A stretch of DNA of 39,003 nucleotides. Origin: a virus. Lineage: Duplodnaviria > Caudoviricetes. Below the pieces are notes generated by a model. It did no database searches and was not told the origin of the DNA. It saw only the letters and a list, made by a program, of their open reading frames with translations. The position numbers and the translations under genes are program-made. The stretch is from the IMG/VR virus record IMGVR_UViG_3300012665_001407, positions 1-39,003 of that record; one strand, given 5' to 3'. Below are positions 18,146 to 28,718 of the stretch, piece by piece (position 1 is the first letter of the stretch; each line of letters opens with the position of its first letter).

Positions 18146-20785
18146 TTAACATGTTAATATTGTGTCATCACAAAATCCAATTAATGTTTTAGTTTGTGTT
18201 GGTCCTGCTGATACTTGATAAATTGGATTATTAATTCCTTTTGTGTTTGATGTTAATTTATAGTATCCTGCTGGAATTAGTGTTGTTAAAGATGAGTTAC
18301 TGTACCAATTGATGTTTGTATAACTAGTAGAGCCTGTTAATAAATCACCATTCATATATACAGTTGATGTTACGGCACAAGCATCACAAGCTGTTGTTCC
18401 TATTGGATCTGAATTATAGTAACAGAATGAAGATGAAACTGAATTTTTATCAAGTAAAGCATAAATTACACTTCCTGTACCTGTAAATGGAACTTGAATA
18501 ATTGATTCTGTAGAGAATATACCAGCTGTGCTACCTGAACTATAAGACCATCCTTTAAATGTAGATCCATTAGTTCCTGTACAACCCATATTAATTACAC
18601 TACCAAATGAACCTGTGTATGTAAATGGTGAATTAACATTTATTGCTGGGTTTGGTAAAACATAAATATATTGAGTAAGTTGACCAGTAGCACCATTACG
18701 TAATGGACTATTTATAAATGTTATTTCGTTTGTAATACAATTATAAAGTGGTTGCCATGAAACTACAGTACCAGTACTATCAGCAATTGCTGGATAGTAA
18801 ACTTGATCTGGTGTTACGCTTGCTGTATAAAGTGATGTGATTCCTGTATAAGTCCAAATTGGATTTCCATTAGCATCTTGAGTTACTGATGCTGAATATG
18901 GAGCAATACCACCTGTCAAGTTAAAATATACTTTATCTTGAGCACAATCTGCGTATACATTATTTAAGAATAAACTTCCTGTAGGGAATAAACTTCTAAA
19001 TGAATCTCCACCTCCACTTCCTCCACTACATTCAGATAAAGAAACACTTCCTGAATTAGTTGTTACCCAAATATCTCCAATTCCATTTCCTGTTAAACAA
19101 GGATTTGTACATCCACAAGTAGCGTTCCATAATTCAATACTACTATATCCTGTTGGAATAATAGTATCAAAAGGTGTTCCATCGCTTAATGAACCTGATA
19201 CTCTAACATTAGTAGCAGCTGGACTATCTAAGGTGATAGTAAGTATTTGATTAGATTCATATTCATTAGGTTGTGAGAAACATTCAGCTATAGTATATGT
19301 AGATAAAGATATATTATAACAGCTATTTTGTGGTAAAGTAGATCCAGAAACCACATATGTTTTATTAGTACCGTATGTTACAGGATGGCTAAAGTTTTGA
19401 CTACCACTACCACTATAATAATAATTTGAACTACTATATATTAAGCTACCATTTTCATATATTGATAATAAAGCACTTGCTGTTGTATAAGGTCCCCAGA
19501 AATTAGAAGGTGTTGCTTCAGCAGCTTCAAGAGTAACATTATTACTTGTTCCTGCAGGTACACTAGCTGAGAAATCACCTGAGAAATAATATGCTGTTCC
19601 ATTTACTGTTAGATTAGCATCTAAGAATGTTGTTGGAGAAGCATTATATTCTTCTAAGTGGATGTATACTGTAGATGCTATAGCTGTATTTGTTGGAGTA
19701 TTTGTAGGGGTATTTGTTGGAGTAGCTGTAGGGGTATTAGTATTAGTAGCTGTAGCAGTTGGAGTGTTTGTTGGTGTATTTGTAGCTGTATTACTGTTTG
19801 TTGGAGTATTTGTTGGAGTAGATGTTGGAGTTTGAGTTGGAGTTGCTGTTGGTGTTGGACATAAGAAACTTTGTGATACATAAGCTGTACCAGTACCCCA
19901 AACATCATTCTCAGATCCAATTAATAATATATTACTTGAACCAGCATCTTTAATAGCATAAACTGGTGTTCCATAAGATGCGGTTAGAGTATTGTAAGTA
20001 TAAACACTACCTGATGTATTAGAGAATAATACTTCTCCTACAGTTAAAGGTATAGTAGCATCATATACAGCTATAGCGTCACCTCCTCCACCACATAATG
20101 TGTTATAGTTGTTACTAAATCTATAGTTACTTCCACTTAATGGAGGTGTTGCTGTAGGGGTATTTGTTGGAGTGTTTGTTGGTGTTTGAGTAGGGGTATT
20201 AGTAGGCGTATTAGTAGGCGTATTAGTCGCTGTACTTGAATTAGTAGGGGTATTAGTAGGTGTGTTAGTAGCAGTATTTGTAGGTGTGTTGGTAGCAGTA
20301 CTTGTAGGTGTATTTGTAGGTGTATTTGTTGCTGTGTTACTATTTGTTGGAGTATTTGTAGGTGTTTGAGTTGGAGTGTTTGTTGCAGTATTTGTAGGAG
20401 TATTTGTTGGTGTTTGTGTTGGGGTGTTTGTAGCAGTATTTGAATTTGTTGGGGTATTTGTTGGAGTGTTAGTTGGTGTTTGTGTAGGTGTATTTGTTGG
20501 AGTTGCAGTAGGGGTTGCAGTTGGTGTTACTGAAGGTGGATTGTAAACTTTAACTCCACAATTATTAATACAAGTTACTATTATTTGAGATACTTCACGA
20601 GGTGTTGAAATAGCAACAAAACCACCACTTACAAAAGAAGATAAAGGTAAATTAACAGCAGGATCTCCAGAAGGGTATAGACTAGCTGTATGTGGGGATG
20701 TAGGATCTCCATCAATACTATAGCTAATGTCAAAAGGACCTGCTGAAGTTCCGGTTGGGATTGTTATTTTAAAATATCTTGCCAT
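18146..20785 (-). CDS. Multidomain TPTN-repeat fibre/adhesin-like protein
   Basis: 879 aa. N-domain related to those of 12301 and 13133 (AGPFDISY). Two stalks. LTGGIAPYS (SprB-like turn), FKGWS (InlB B-repeat-like) and many Cys pairs. Confidence 0.75.
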   Translation of the reverse strand: MARYFKITIPTGTSAGPFDISYSIDGDPTSPHTASLYPSGDPAVNLPLSSFVSGGFVAISTPREVSQIIVTCINNCGVKVYNPPSVTPTATPTATPTNTPTQTPTNTPTNTPTNSNTATNTPTQTPTNTPTNTATNTPTQTPTNTPTNSNTATNTPTNTPTSTATNTPTNTATNTPTNTPTNSSTATNTPTNTPTNTPTQTPTNTPTNTPTATPPLSGSNYRFSNNYNTLCGGGGDAIAVYDATIPLTVGEVLFSNTSGSVYTYNTLTASYGTPVYAIKDAGSSNILLIGSENDVWGTGTAYVSQSFLCPTPTATPTQTPTSTPTNTPTNSNTATNTPTNTPTATATNTNTPTATPTNTPTNTPTNTAIASTVYIHLEEYNASPTTFLDANLTVNGTAYYFSGDFSASVPAGTSNNVTLEAAEATPSNFWGPYTTASALLSIYENGSLIYSSSNYYYSGSGSQNFSHPVTYGTNKTYVVSGSTLPQNSCYNISLSTYTIAECFSQPNEYESNQILTITLDSPAATNVRVSGSLSDGTPFDTIIPTGYSSIELWNATCGCTNPCLTGNGIGDIWVTTNSGSVSLSECSGGSGGGDSFRSLFPTGSLFLNNVYADCAQDKVYFNLTGGIAPYSASVTQDANGNPIWTYTGITSLYTASVTPDQVYYPAIADSTGTVVSWQPLYNCITNEITFINSPLRNGATGQLTQYIYVLPNPAINVNSPFTYTGSFGSVINMGCTGTNGSTFKGWSYSSGSTAGIFSTESIIQVPFTGTGSVIYALLDKNSVSSSFCYYNSDPIGTTACDACAVTSTVYMNGDLLTGSTSYTNINWYSNSSLTTLIPAGYYKLTSNTKGINNPIYQVSAGPTQTKTLIGFCDDTILTC
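19685..20530 (-). repeat. Two blocks of TPTN-encoding degenerate tandem repeats (about 19685-19860 and 20142-20530)
   Basis: Visible 12-bp periodicity with occasional TNSNTA interruptions. Confidence 0.9.
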
Positions 20786-20792
20786 TATTACT

Positions 20793-20801
20793 TATAAATA
20801 T
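20793..20801 (-). promoter_or_regulatory. ATATTTATA putative late-promoter motif
   Basis: 7 nt before ATG 20785. Confidence 0.6.
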
Positions 20802-20820
20802 TTTTATACCATTTATTTTA

Positions 20821-22122
20821 TTAAGGATAGAATTCTTCAACTCCTATATCAAAAAATGGTGTTGCTGTTGGTGTGTTGGTAGCTGTATTAGTTGGAGTAT
20901 TAGTAGGTGTTGCTGTTGGAGTTTGTGTTGGAGTATTTGTAGCAGTATTTGAGTTGGTTGGAGTATTTGTAGGTGTATTTGTTCTAGTATTACTGTTTGT
21001 TGGAGTATTAGTTGGTGTTTGAGTTGGAGTATTTGTAGTGGTATTAGTAGGTGTATTAGTAGGCGTATTAGTAGCTGTTCTACTGTTAGTAGGTGTATTA
21101 GTTGGTGTTGCCGTATTTGTATTTGTAGGAGTATTTGTTGGAGTACTTGTTGGAGTAGATGTTAGAGTTGCTGTTGGAGTAGCTCCTGGAGATGAACCTA
21201 TTATAATAGTAAAGTTACAGTCTATACTTTGAGAAGTTGCAGTTGCTGTAAAGTCGCAATCTACATTCTTGTTTAAGGTAATAACGATTTTAGCTTTATT
21301 ACTATAAACATCACCGCAACCACTAGTTATTGTTGAACCTATACTATAATAAGTTGTATAAGTACCAGGTGTTGTAGTTGTTAATATAATTCCATCTGTA
21401 TTTCCATCTTGAGAAATATAAGGACTTCCTGATAGTATTAATTTAGTAAAATCAATAGCCCCATCTCTTCCATCTATATAGCTTGATATACTGTTTGTTG
21501 TATTGACATTAGTATAATTGAAAGAAGCAAATTTAGCTAATGGAGGAAGAGGAAATATTGATTGAGATGCTTGGTTAGTTATAATAGCTAAACCATGAGC
21601 ATAAAATATATTTCCAATATGTGTTGAACTGTAATTATATAAGTTACCATATCCGTCATCTGTAATACTATAAGCAGATGAGGTTAAAACAAAGGTATTA
21701 GGTAATATTTTATTACCATAAAGATCTTGATTGATAGCTAATATTCTAATACCATCTAAAGCCCCAGTAGGAAAATTTTTAATTAACCTAGCATTATCAT
21801 TGTATATAAAATAAGATGCTGTTGGGCGTTGCTGTGAAGCTGATTCGTAGAACAGAGAACTAGCTAGCGAAGACGTATCTAAGCTAGCTGAATATGATTG
21901 GTAGAAAAGATGGTTTATTTGGTTATAAACTAATCTTTCATATTGATTTTCAGTAATAGGATCTGCATCAAGGGAAAAACTCCCCGTTACATTAGTTCCT
22001 TTATAAAGTGTAAAATATGTTGATGATGTCGGATACGAGCATTGGGTTATATTCCACTGCTTGTTAGCGGCATACGGTACAACCGTAACGTCTGATTTGC
22101 TTAGTTTTTTGAACGCCGACAT
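20821..22122 (-). CDS. Tail/baseplate structural protein N-domain fused to a C-terminal TPTN stalk
   Basis: [10 protein letters not shown]...ITDDGYGNL...[13 protein letters not shown] resembles the middle of 22126..23115. Repeats at about 20857-21183. Confidence 0.75.
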   Translation of the reverse strand: MSAFKKLSKSDVTVVPYAANKQWNITQCSYPTSSTYFTLYKGTNVTGSFSLDADPITENQYERLVYNQINHLFYQSYSASLDTSSLASSLFYESASQQRPTASYFIYNDNARLIKNFPTGALDGIRILAINQDLYGNKILPNTFVLTSSAYSITDDGYGNLYNYSSTHIGNIFYAHGLAIITNQASQSIFPLPPLAKFASFNYTNVNTTNSISSYIDGRDGAIDFTKLILSGSPYISQDGNTDGIILTTTTPGTYTTYYSIGSTITSGCGDVYSNKAKIVITLNKNVDCDFTATATSQSIDCNFTIIIGSSPGATPTATLTSTPTSTPTNTPTNTNTATPTNTPTNSRTATNTPTNTPTNTTTNTPTQTPTNTPTNSNTRTNTPTNTPTNSNTATNTPTQTPTATPTNTPTNTATNTPTATPFFDIGVEEFYP

Positions 22123-22125
22123 GCA

Positions 22126-23115
22126 TTAATAGTCTAGTTTAATTCTAATTAAGGCTTCCTTGGTAAAATCTTTTGTTAATGGTTTACTTAATTTAGCAAC
22201 TGCCAATAACTCGTTATTATCATTGTACATACCTACTGTTGTAACGTATGTTTGAGGATTGTTAATTAAAGTTGTATATAATAAGTTACCATTTTCATCT
22301 ATAATAGATGGGTTAGTTGTATAATTAAATTCACCGTTCTTTACTCTTGTAAAGAAATATCTTGAAGATACTGTTTCAGAAGATTTTAACTGAAATGAAG
22401 ATCCTGAAACTATTGAAGCATGTAGTTTTGTATGGTTATTTTGTATGGATCCTGTTGATGTAGTTAAGGGAGCAAAGTAAGGTAGTAAATTTACAGTTGC
22501 TGAAGAAGATGCATTTAAAATAATAATGTCTAAATCCGGGAACATCATACCGTAATAAGAAGATGATGCTGCTGCATTCCAACCATTACCATTACTTCCA
22601 CTAATAATATAATATACTTTATTTTCGCCAATAAAACGAGTTAAGCCTGTAGTTGCACTATCATCAGTTAATCTAATTGTACTACTACCACTAGTTAAAG
22701 TCAAATTTAAAGAACCAGGTAATAAAGATTCTTTATAACGACTACGAGCAACATTAATAACAAAGATATCTTTTGATGTTGTTAAACCATTATCGAAACT
22801 AAAGTTTTGAGTTTCAGTTCCAAAAACTAAGTTTCTATATTCACCATATATAACACGAGATGGTGTTACACCAGGAACAGAAGAATTAATTACTGCAGCT
22901 CCAGATCCACTTATATTACCATATTGAATACTATATTGAACTGATGATCCAGAACAAGTAGAGCAATCATTATATACATTTAAATAATAATCTCCATAAC
23001 TAGAAGTATTAGGAAATAAAGGTGCGAAGTTATAAGCATCTCCACTCCATAAACCACGTACTACGGTTTCTGCGCTAATTACTGAATCTTCTGGATTATA
23101 TCTTACGAATGACAT
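22126..23115 (-). CDS. Tail/baseplate structural protein
   Basis: Lies in the baseplate operon. C-terminal VGMYNDNNELLAVAK resembles tail-collar/fibre-attachment motifs (GLY...G.L.A). Confidence 0.7.
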   Translation of the reverse strand: MSFVRYNPEDSVISAETVVRGLWSGDAYNFAPLFPNTSSYGDYYLNVYNDCSTCSGSSVQYSIQYGNISGSGAAVINSSVPGVTPSRVIYGEYRNLVFGTETQNFSFDNGLTTSKDIFVINVARSRYKESLLPGSLNLTLTSGSSTIRLTDDSATTGLTRFIGENKVYYIISGSNGNGWNAAASSSYYGMMFPDLDIIILNASSSATVNLLPYFAPLTTSTGSIQNNHTKLHASIVSGSSFQLKSSETVSSRYFFTRVKNGEFNYTTNPSIIDENGNLLYTTLINNPQTYVTTVGMYNDNNELLAVAKLSKPLTKDFTKEALIRIKLDY

Positions 23116-23128
23116 GTTTTAAATTATT

Positions 23129-23791
23129 TTAGTAGGTTGATACTTTTTGAATGTTTAAAGGAATAGTAATTCTAGCACCACTGTCTCTACCAATTACTGT
23201 AATTGTAGTTGCTAATGATGTTAAAGTAGAACCAAACAATGTATTAATTGTTGTACCTGTTAATGTGAATGAAGTACCAAGCTGAGTTACTGATAGTACA
23301 GTTCCTGTAGTTGTATTTAAATCTTGAGTTGGATTTGTTGTTGTAATACCTGTTCCTGTAAATGAAGATACTAAACGAGAATCAGCGATTGTAGCTGTAT
23401 ATCCATTTGCTTCAAACGTACTTGTAGAACCTAAGTAATTAAGTGTTTGTGGAGTAATTGTTAATGAAGCGCCTTGACGTAATGTAATACTGTTATAACC
23501 TAAGTTAATAACTGGTAGTTTAGATGTACCACGAGGTAAAGTTACTAATTTGTAACGCATGATTTGTGACTCGTTAGGGAAAGCTTCTAATACAGGTGTA
23601 TTTTCAATTGCTTCACCATAGAACGCAGATCCAGATGGGTGGTTAGGATTATACAGAGTATAATCAACCTCATCGTCTGCTAATGCAAACTGTGTAATTT
23701 GAAATGAACCATCGTTACGAGCCAATAATTCGCGGCCCTTCGTAGTTAATATTGCATCTACTGTTACTGTCGTAGGATTTAAAATTGCCAT
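23129..23791 (-). CDS. Virion structural protein with a tail-collar-fibre-like N-terminus
   Basis: DAILTTKGRELLA...ITQFALAD resembles the LT..G...LA...IT..A.GD start of myovirus fibre/collar proteins. Confidence 0.65.
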   Translation of the reverse strand: MAILNPTTVTVDAILTTKGRELLARNDGSFQITQFALADDEVDYTLYNPNHPSGSAFYGEAIENTPVLEAFPNESQIMRYKLVTLPRGTSKLPVINLGYNSITLRQGASLTITPQTLNYLGSTSTFEANGYTATIADSRLVSSFTGTGITTTNPTQDLNTTTGTVLSVTQLGTSFTLTGTTINTLFGSTLTSLATTITVIGRDSGARITIPLNIQKVSTY

Positions 23792-23813
23792 AATTCTTTA
23801 TGTTGTATATACT

Positions 23814-23822
23814 AATAAATAT
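23814..23822 (-). promoter_or_regulatory. ATATTTATT putative late-promoter motif
   Basis: 22 nt before ATG 23791. Confidence 0.55.
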
Positions 23823-23838
23823 AATAAAATTCTAGATG

Positions 23839-26800
23839 TTATCCAAAGGTACCACCATTAATATCATTAATTACTGATTGTTCGTTAATTAATTTTTGTT
23901 TTACTTCACGAGTGATAGTATCAATGTTTGTCAATATATCAGGTGCTATATCATTTGGAATTATAAAACCATATGAAGTTTTACCACCACGTTTTTTAAA
24001 TGTTAAATATGCACTTGTTTCATCTGGTATTTTAGATAGGATCAAAAATGATTGATAAGCGCCACTTCCTACTGTTAAATCACTTCTTAAAAGAGTAGAT
24101 AATGGAGTATCTAATTTTACATTTAATGGTGAATTACCACCTCCTGTTACACCTAATATTCTAGATTCTACATAAGTGCCATCAGATAAATATACAATTA
24201 ATACATCATATGGTTTTATTAAGAATGGATAATCAACATCTCCGTATTCGCCGTATAAAGGACTTACAGAACCTGTAAGTGGATTAGGTACAAAATTATA
24301 ATTACTTCCATAAAAACTAGAAACACCACCAGTAAATACAATTGTATCATCTGATCCTGTAATTGAAGCTGAAAAAGCCATTGAAGCTGAGTTGAAGTAA
24401 GGGCAGTTGGTGGAAGAATATCCTGTAGATAAAGCAAGTGAACCTATAAATAAATTGCCTGAATCTGTAAAAGATGCTGTAAAATTATCAGATGAAGATA
24501 TTGTATTTTTAAATCTGATACTTAATATATCATTTTTATCAGCGTTAACTGTACTAGAATTTATAGCAAATGTTGCTGATTGATTTCCTGCAGGAGTATC
24601 AAAATCATCTATTCGATACATGTCCCAATCAAATTCAAATCTAGTATTAATACCAGCAAGACAACCTATAGATGTCGTATTAACGCCACCGCTATAATCA
24701 TATAAACTATACCACTCCCCACTACCACCACCAAAATTACAAGTAGGATATGGTGGGTATGTACTACTAGTTAAAAAATAAGCATTCCATTTAGTAAATG
24801 TAGTTCCCGCTGGTTTAGTTAAGAATGCATTTATTTGAATAGGTTTATTACTAACTACTGTTGTTGGATATAAAGTAGAACTATAGCTATATAAAGCTGT
24901 TTCAGTATTAGAAGCAGTAGCTGCATTTAATACAGTAAATGTTTGAGTATCAGTAACCCCAGTAGAAACTCCATTTTTATATACATCTAAAGTCCATGTT
25001 GAAGTTCCACCCTCAGGCATACTAAAAGTCATTGATAATGATCCACTAACTTTATGGTTACCACCTTCTTGTACTGAGTATGTTGGGTATTGAGATAAAG
25101 TACCTGCTTTAAGATATTCACTTCCTAGAGTAACAACATCAAATATATTATTTACTGTACCTGAAGATAATGGGTAGTTGTTTGTTGGGTAACCATTAAT
25201 AGTTTTAGATCCAGTACCGGATGTGTTTGCTAATGATTGGTAACTATTAGAAGATCCATTATATTGGAAGTATAATGTTGGGTTATTACTACAAGTAGTA
25301 AAATATAAAATTGGAGAATATGAATAACCACTATCAAAAATATCTTTAGTACCGTCTGTTGTTTTTTGATTTCCAAACTTTTGATTATCAAATTGAGATA
25401 CATCTAAAGTTTCATTTTGTACAAAAGTATTTTGAATTTCTTGCCAATGTTTATTACGTAAGTTTAATTCAGTTAATCCACCAAATTCATCTACAAGATA
25501 TAATAATCTAACGTTATTACGTCCTGGTAGGTAAGATGAAGAAACTATATCTGTGAATAAACCTAATTTACGAGAGTAACGATCAATAACAGCTGTTTTA
25601 CCAAATGAGGTATCACCTCCATAAGTTGATGAAGCACTAGTATAAGTATTATATACTAAACTAGATAATTTAGATCCTTCATATCTTGATAATTGGTGTG
25701 TTCTTAGAGTTTCATACGAATCTTGTAGTTCTGCTGGAGATAATATACTTTGAGTTGTGCCAAAAATATATTGTATGTCTTGTCTATTTGTAGAAACTAC
25801 ACTGCTAGAAATATTATTAAATAATACATTAAAATCAGAATGTAAAAATTTATTTAAATTAGCACTTTCACTTACTGTATGTTGAGCATTCCAAGAAGCA
25901 GTATCAAATAAATAAGGATTTGGATTACTATTTTCAAAATAATTATAAACATTAACTTGACTACCTGTTATACTACCATTATAGTAAGCTGCTTTATTTC
26001 CAGATAATTTTTTATATAAATTATTATATTCAGTTGAAATATTAACCATATCAATATTACCTTCATTAACATCTATTTCAGATGTATCTGAAGTATTAGC
26101 ATAAGACCATTTATTTCTTTCTAATACTGGTGAAGATATTGTTATACCTGTTGATAAATTAGCTCTTGCAGGAACATAATCTTTCAACATTTTGAATAAT
26201 GAATTATCAAAAAACTGAATTAAACGAATAAAGCTATTATAGTCTGTAGCTGCTATTGATCCACTTCCTACAGAACCAGTATATGGTACTACAGAAGCAG
26301 TTAATGCTGAATAGTAAGTATTACGTTCAGTATCTAATGTAGGATATGAATTATCATATTGATATCTTGGATCACCTATAAAATCATCTAAACTCCAAGT
26401 AGAGTTTGCAGTAGCAGCTATAGATGCTGATGTGAATATGTCAATTTTTTCTTGAGGAGAAAAGGATACATCTACGTAATGAAGATCATTTGTTCTAAAT
26501 GATGTTGATGATGTTGGATTTTCTTGTAAACTAATATATGGAGATAATACACTACCAGTAACTGTATTAGATGCAATTCTAATTTTATCATTGTTGAATT
26601 CATCCAATAAACCTGCTTTAGTGTCACCACCATATTCTTTAATAGCTAAAGTACTACCTGTAATACCAAAAGTAGATACTAATGTTTGTAAACCATAAGC
26701 TGTACCTTTTGTTTTTAATAATAAAGGTAAGTTATGATAAATTCTTTTATATGATTCAGCAAGTAAATCCTTACGTGGAATTGTATTTAGGTAAGAACCG

Positions 26801-28383
26801 GTTGATGTAAAGTTATTATCCCAATTAGCACTACCACTAGCACCAACTAAAAAATCAATATTATTTGAGTCTCCGTATTGGTTATATAATTTAATTCCTA
26901 ATGATTCTAACACATTATATACTAAATCTTTAGAAACGCCTTGTTCTAGGTTGTTATTTGCTAAATTAACATCCGTTACTGCTTGTAAGAAAACCCAAAT
27001 GTTATCAAAATAATGACCAACCATGTTAATAAACGTGATATAAGGATCATTATCTTCATCATCTTTAATAAATGATGGTAATGTATTTACTATATAATTT
27101 TGATTATTATCATCATAACTAATAGCACTAGCTGTAGAAGCAGATAACCACTCAGAAGCAGATGTAGATGATGTTGGATATAACTTATAAGGTAATGTTG
27201 TTGTAGATTTTGGATATGGAGTAATACCATATTCATCTGGTGATGTTATAGAGCCACTGCTGAAATATAGATAATATTCAAATCCGTCAAATTTAGATAT
27301 TATATTATTGATACTAGCAGTCGCTATATTATAGTCATTAATTAAATCAGCTCTACTTGCTGTCAATGGAATATAAATAGATATATTTGTGTTATAATCT
27401 TCAATACTTTTTACTTTATCGTAAAACTTTATTACTCTTTCTTTAGCAGAACTAAAAAATGTAAAGTTTGAAAAGTTAGTATAATCGGTATTAATATCTA
27501 TACTTTGTGAAGTAATTAAACTTAAAAGTTGTTGATATGAAGATGTAGATATACTTTGTATACTATTAACTAAAGTAGTATACGTTTGATATGATGTAGC
27601 TACATTATTTTGGTTATTTATTTTAATACCAAAGTTAGGACCTCTTAATAGTGGTATTGGTGGAGGAAGAATTAATTTATCTAAGTTAATATCAAAAGAA
27701 TAAGGATTAATCTTTTCTCTAACAACCCATAAACTTGTTTTCTCTTGAATATTATCTGATAATGGTTGATATAATTTAAATAATATCTCATATCCAGATT
27801 CAACTTTATTTAGAGCAACGTTTACAGCTACAGCTTGAGTATTGTCTCCAAAGTTAATAAGATAATCAACAAAATAAGCAGAACTTGAATATTCATTAAT
27901 AAGAGCTAATGATCCACTTTCAATTTGTTCGTTAGTTAAAACTGTAGATCCTACTCTAATTTCGGTTCTATCTGCTGATATTTCTTTTAAGAATAAATCT
28001 TCAATTCTGTTATTAAAGAAATTATATTGTACTTTAAATTCACCTGATGAATATCCTAAATTTTGTAAATCTAGGACAGGGTCAATTTCAATTATTGGTA
28101 ATGTTGAAATAGATTGACTATAATTAGAAATCACCCCAACTTCATCTTTATAAGGAGCTGGGTTTAGTCCATATGTAGATGGTAATTTGAAACTTTTATA
28201 GCTATAGTCTATATTTAAAAGATTACCTCCAGCATCATATATAAAGTATTCTATATAGTCGTTTTGTTGGCCAAAACTTTCTTGTATTATGTTAGAGGAT
28301 AATAGATTAGTATCTTCACTATCATAGCGAGATACTTGTTCTGTATTTAAAATTGAGCCTACTATTTTAATATTGTTTGCCAT
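23839..28383 (-). CDS. Large baseplate wedge-like structural protein (1514 aa)
   Basis: LLKTKGTAYGLQTLVSTFGI...IKEYG resembles the KGT motif of P2 gpI/T4 gp7-type wedge proteins. Located downstream of the gp6-like gene. Confidence 0.65.
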   Translation of the reverse strand: MANNIKIVGSILNTEQVSRYDSEDTNLLSSNIIQESFGQQNDYIEYFIYDAGGNLLNIDYSYKSFKLPSTYGLNPAPYKDEVGVISNYSQSISTLPIIEIDPVLDLQNLGYSSGEFKVQYNFFNNRIEDLFLKEISADRTEIRVGSTVLTNEQIESGSLALINEYSSSAYFVDYLINFGDNTQAVAVNVALNKVESGYEILFKLYQPLSDNIQEKTSLWVVREKINPYSFDINLDKLILPPPIPLLRGPNFGIKINNQNNVATSYQTYTTLVNSIQSISTSSYQQLLSLITSQSIDINTDYTNFSNFTFFSSAKERVIKFYDKVKSIEDYNTNISIYIPLTASRADLINDYNIATASINNIISKFDGFEYYLYFSSGSITSPDEYGITPYPKSTTTLPYKLYPTSSTSASEWLSASTASAISYDDNNQNYIVNTLPSFIKDDEDNDPYITFINMVGHYFDNIWVFLQAVTDVNLANNNLEQGVSKDLVYNVLESLGIKLYNQYGDSNNIDFLVGASGSANWDNNFTSTGSYLNTIPRKDLLAESYKRIYHNLPLLLKTKGTAYGLQTLVSTFGITGSTLAIKEYGGDTKAGLLDEFNNDKIRIASNTVTGSVLSPYISLQENPTSSTSFRTNDLHYVDVSFSPQEKIDIFTSASIAATANSTWSLDDFIGDPRYQYDNSYPTLDTERNTYYSALTASVVPYTGSVGSGSIAATDYNSFIRLIQFFDNSLFKMLKDYVPARANLSTGITISSPVLERNKWSYANTSDTSEIDVNEGNIDMVNISTEYNNLYKKLSGNKAAYYNGSITGSQVNVYNYFENSNPNPYLFDTASWNAQHTVSESANLNKFLHSDFNVLFNNISSSVVSTNRQDIQYIFGTTQSILSPAELQDSYETLRTHQLSRYEGSKLSSLVYNTYTSASSTYGGDTSFGKTAVIDRYSRKLGLFTDIVSSSYLPGRNNVRLLYLVDEFGGLTELNLRNKHWQEIQNTFVQNETLDVSQFDNQKFGNQKTTDGTKDIFDSGYSYSPILYFTTCSNNPTLYFQYNGSSNSYQSLANTSGTGSKTINGYPTNNYPLSSGTVNNIFDVVTLGSEYLKAGTLSQYPTYSVQEGGNHKVSGSLSMTFSMPEGGTSTWTLDVYKNGVSTGVTDTQTFTVLNAATASNTETALYSYSSTLYPTTVVSNKPIQINAFLTKPAGTTFTKWNAYFLTSSTYPPYPTCNFGGGSGEWYSLYDYSGGVNTTSIGCLAGINTRFEFDWDMYRIDDFDTPAGNQSATFAINSSTVNADKNDILSIRFKNTISSSDNFTASFTDSGNLFIGSLALSTGYSSTNCPYFNSASMAFSASITGSDDTIVFTGGVSSFYGSNYNFVPNPLTGSVSPLYGEYGDVDYPFLIKPYDVLIVYLSDGTYVESRILGVTGGGNSPLNVKLDTPLSTLLRSDLTVGSGAYQSFLILSKIPDETSAYLTFKKRGGKTSYGFIIPNDIAPDILTNIDTITREVKQKLINEQSVINDINGGTFG

Positions 28384-28718
28384 TATTTCTTAGTCAAGTC
28401 GTTTATTGTTTGTTGCGCTTCAAGTACTTGTTGTCTTAATGATGTAATTTCGTTTAATAACGCTTGTATATCATCTTGACTGATACTAATACCTAAATAA
28501 TCAGCTTCACGTTGTAAAATATATTGATGAGAATTAACATCTCCTTCTTTTGGAATTTGATAAAACAATTCATCATATAGTTGAAAAAAATTATCAACAG
28601 TAAAAGATAAAGTATCCTCAGTAGCCCCTTGATTTATCAATTGGCTAAATTGAGTATCAATTACTCTACTATAAGTATCCTTATTAAATACAGTTTTTTG
28701 TACTGGTATTTGAGACAT
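28383..28718 (-). CDS. Hypothetical structural protein with a C-terminal coiled coil
   Basis: TAATG overlaps on both sides; IQALLNEITSLRQQV. Confidence 0.7.
   Translation of the reverse strand: MSQIPVQKTVFNKDTYSRVIDTQFSQLINQGATEDTLSFTVDNFFQLYDELFYQIPKEGDVNSHQYILQREADYLGISISQDDIQALLNEITSLRQQVLEAQQTINDLTKK

Noticed and set aside
12545-21183. Tandem repeats as a CRISPR array or non-coding satellite
   Set aside because: The 12-bp units are in frame, vary at codon third positions, have no unique spacers and lie inside long ORFs.
12301-22122. Diversity-generating retroelement acting on the fibre tips
   Set aside because: No reverse transcriptase in the window, and I saw no template/variable repeat pair differing only at adenines.
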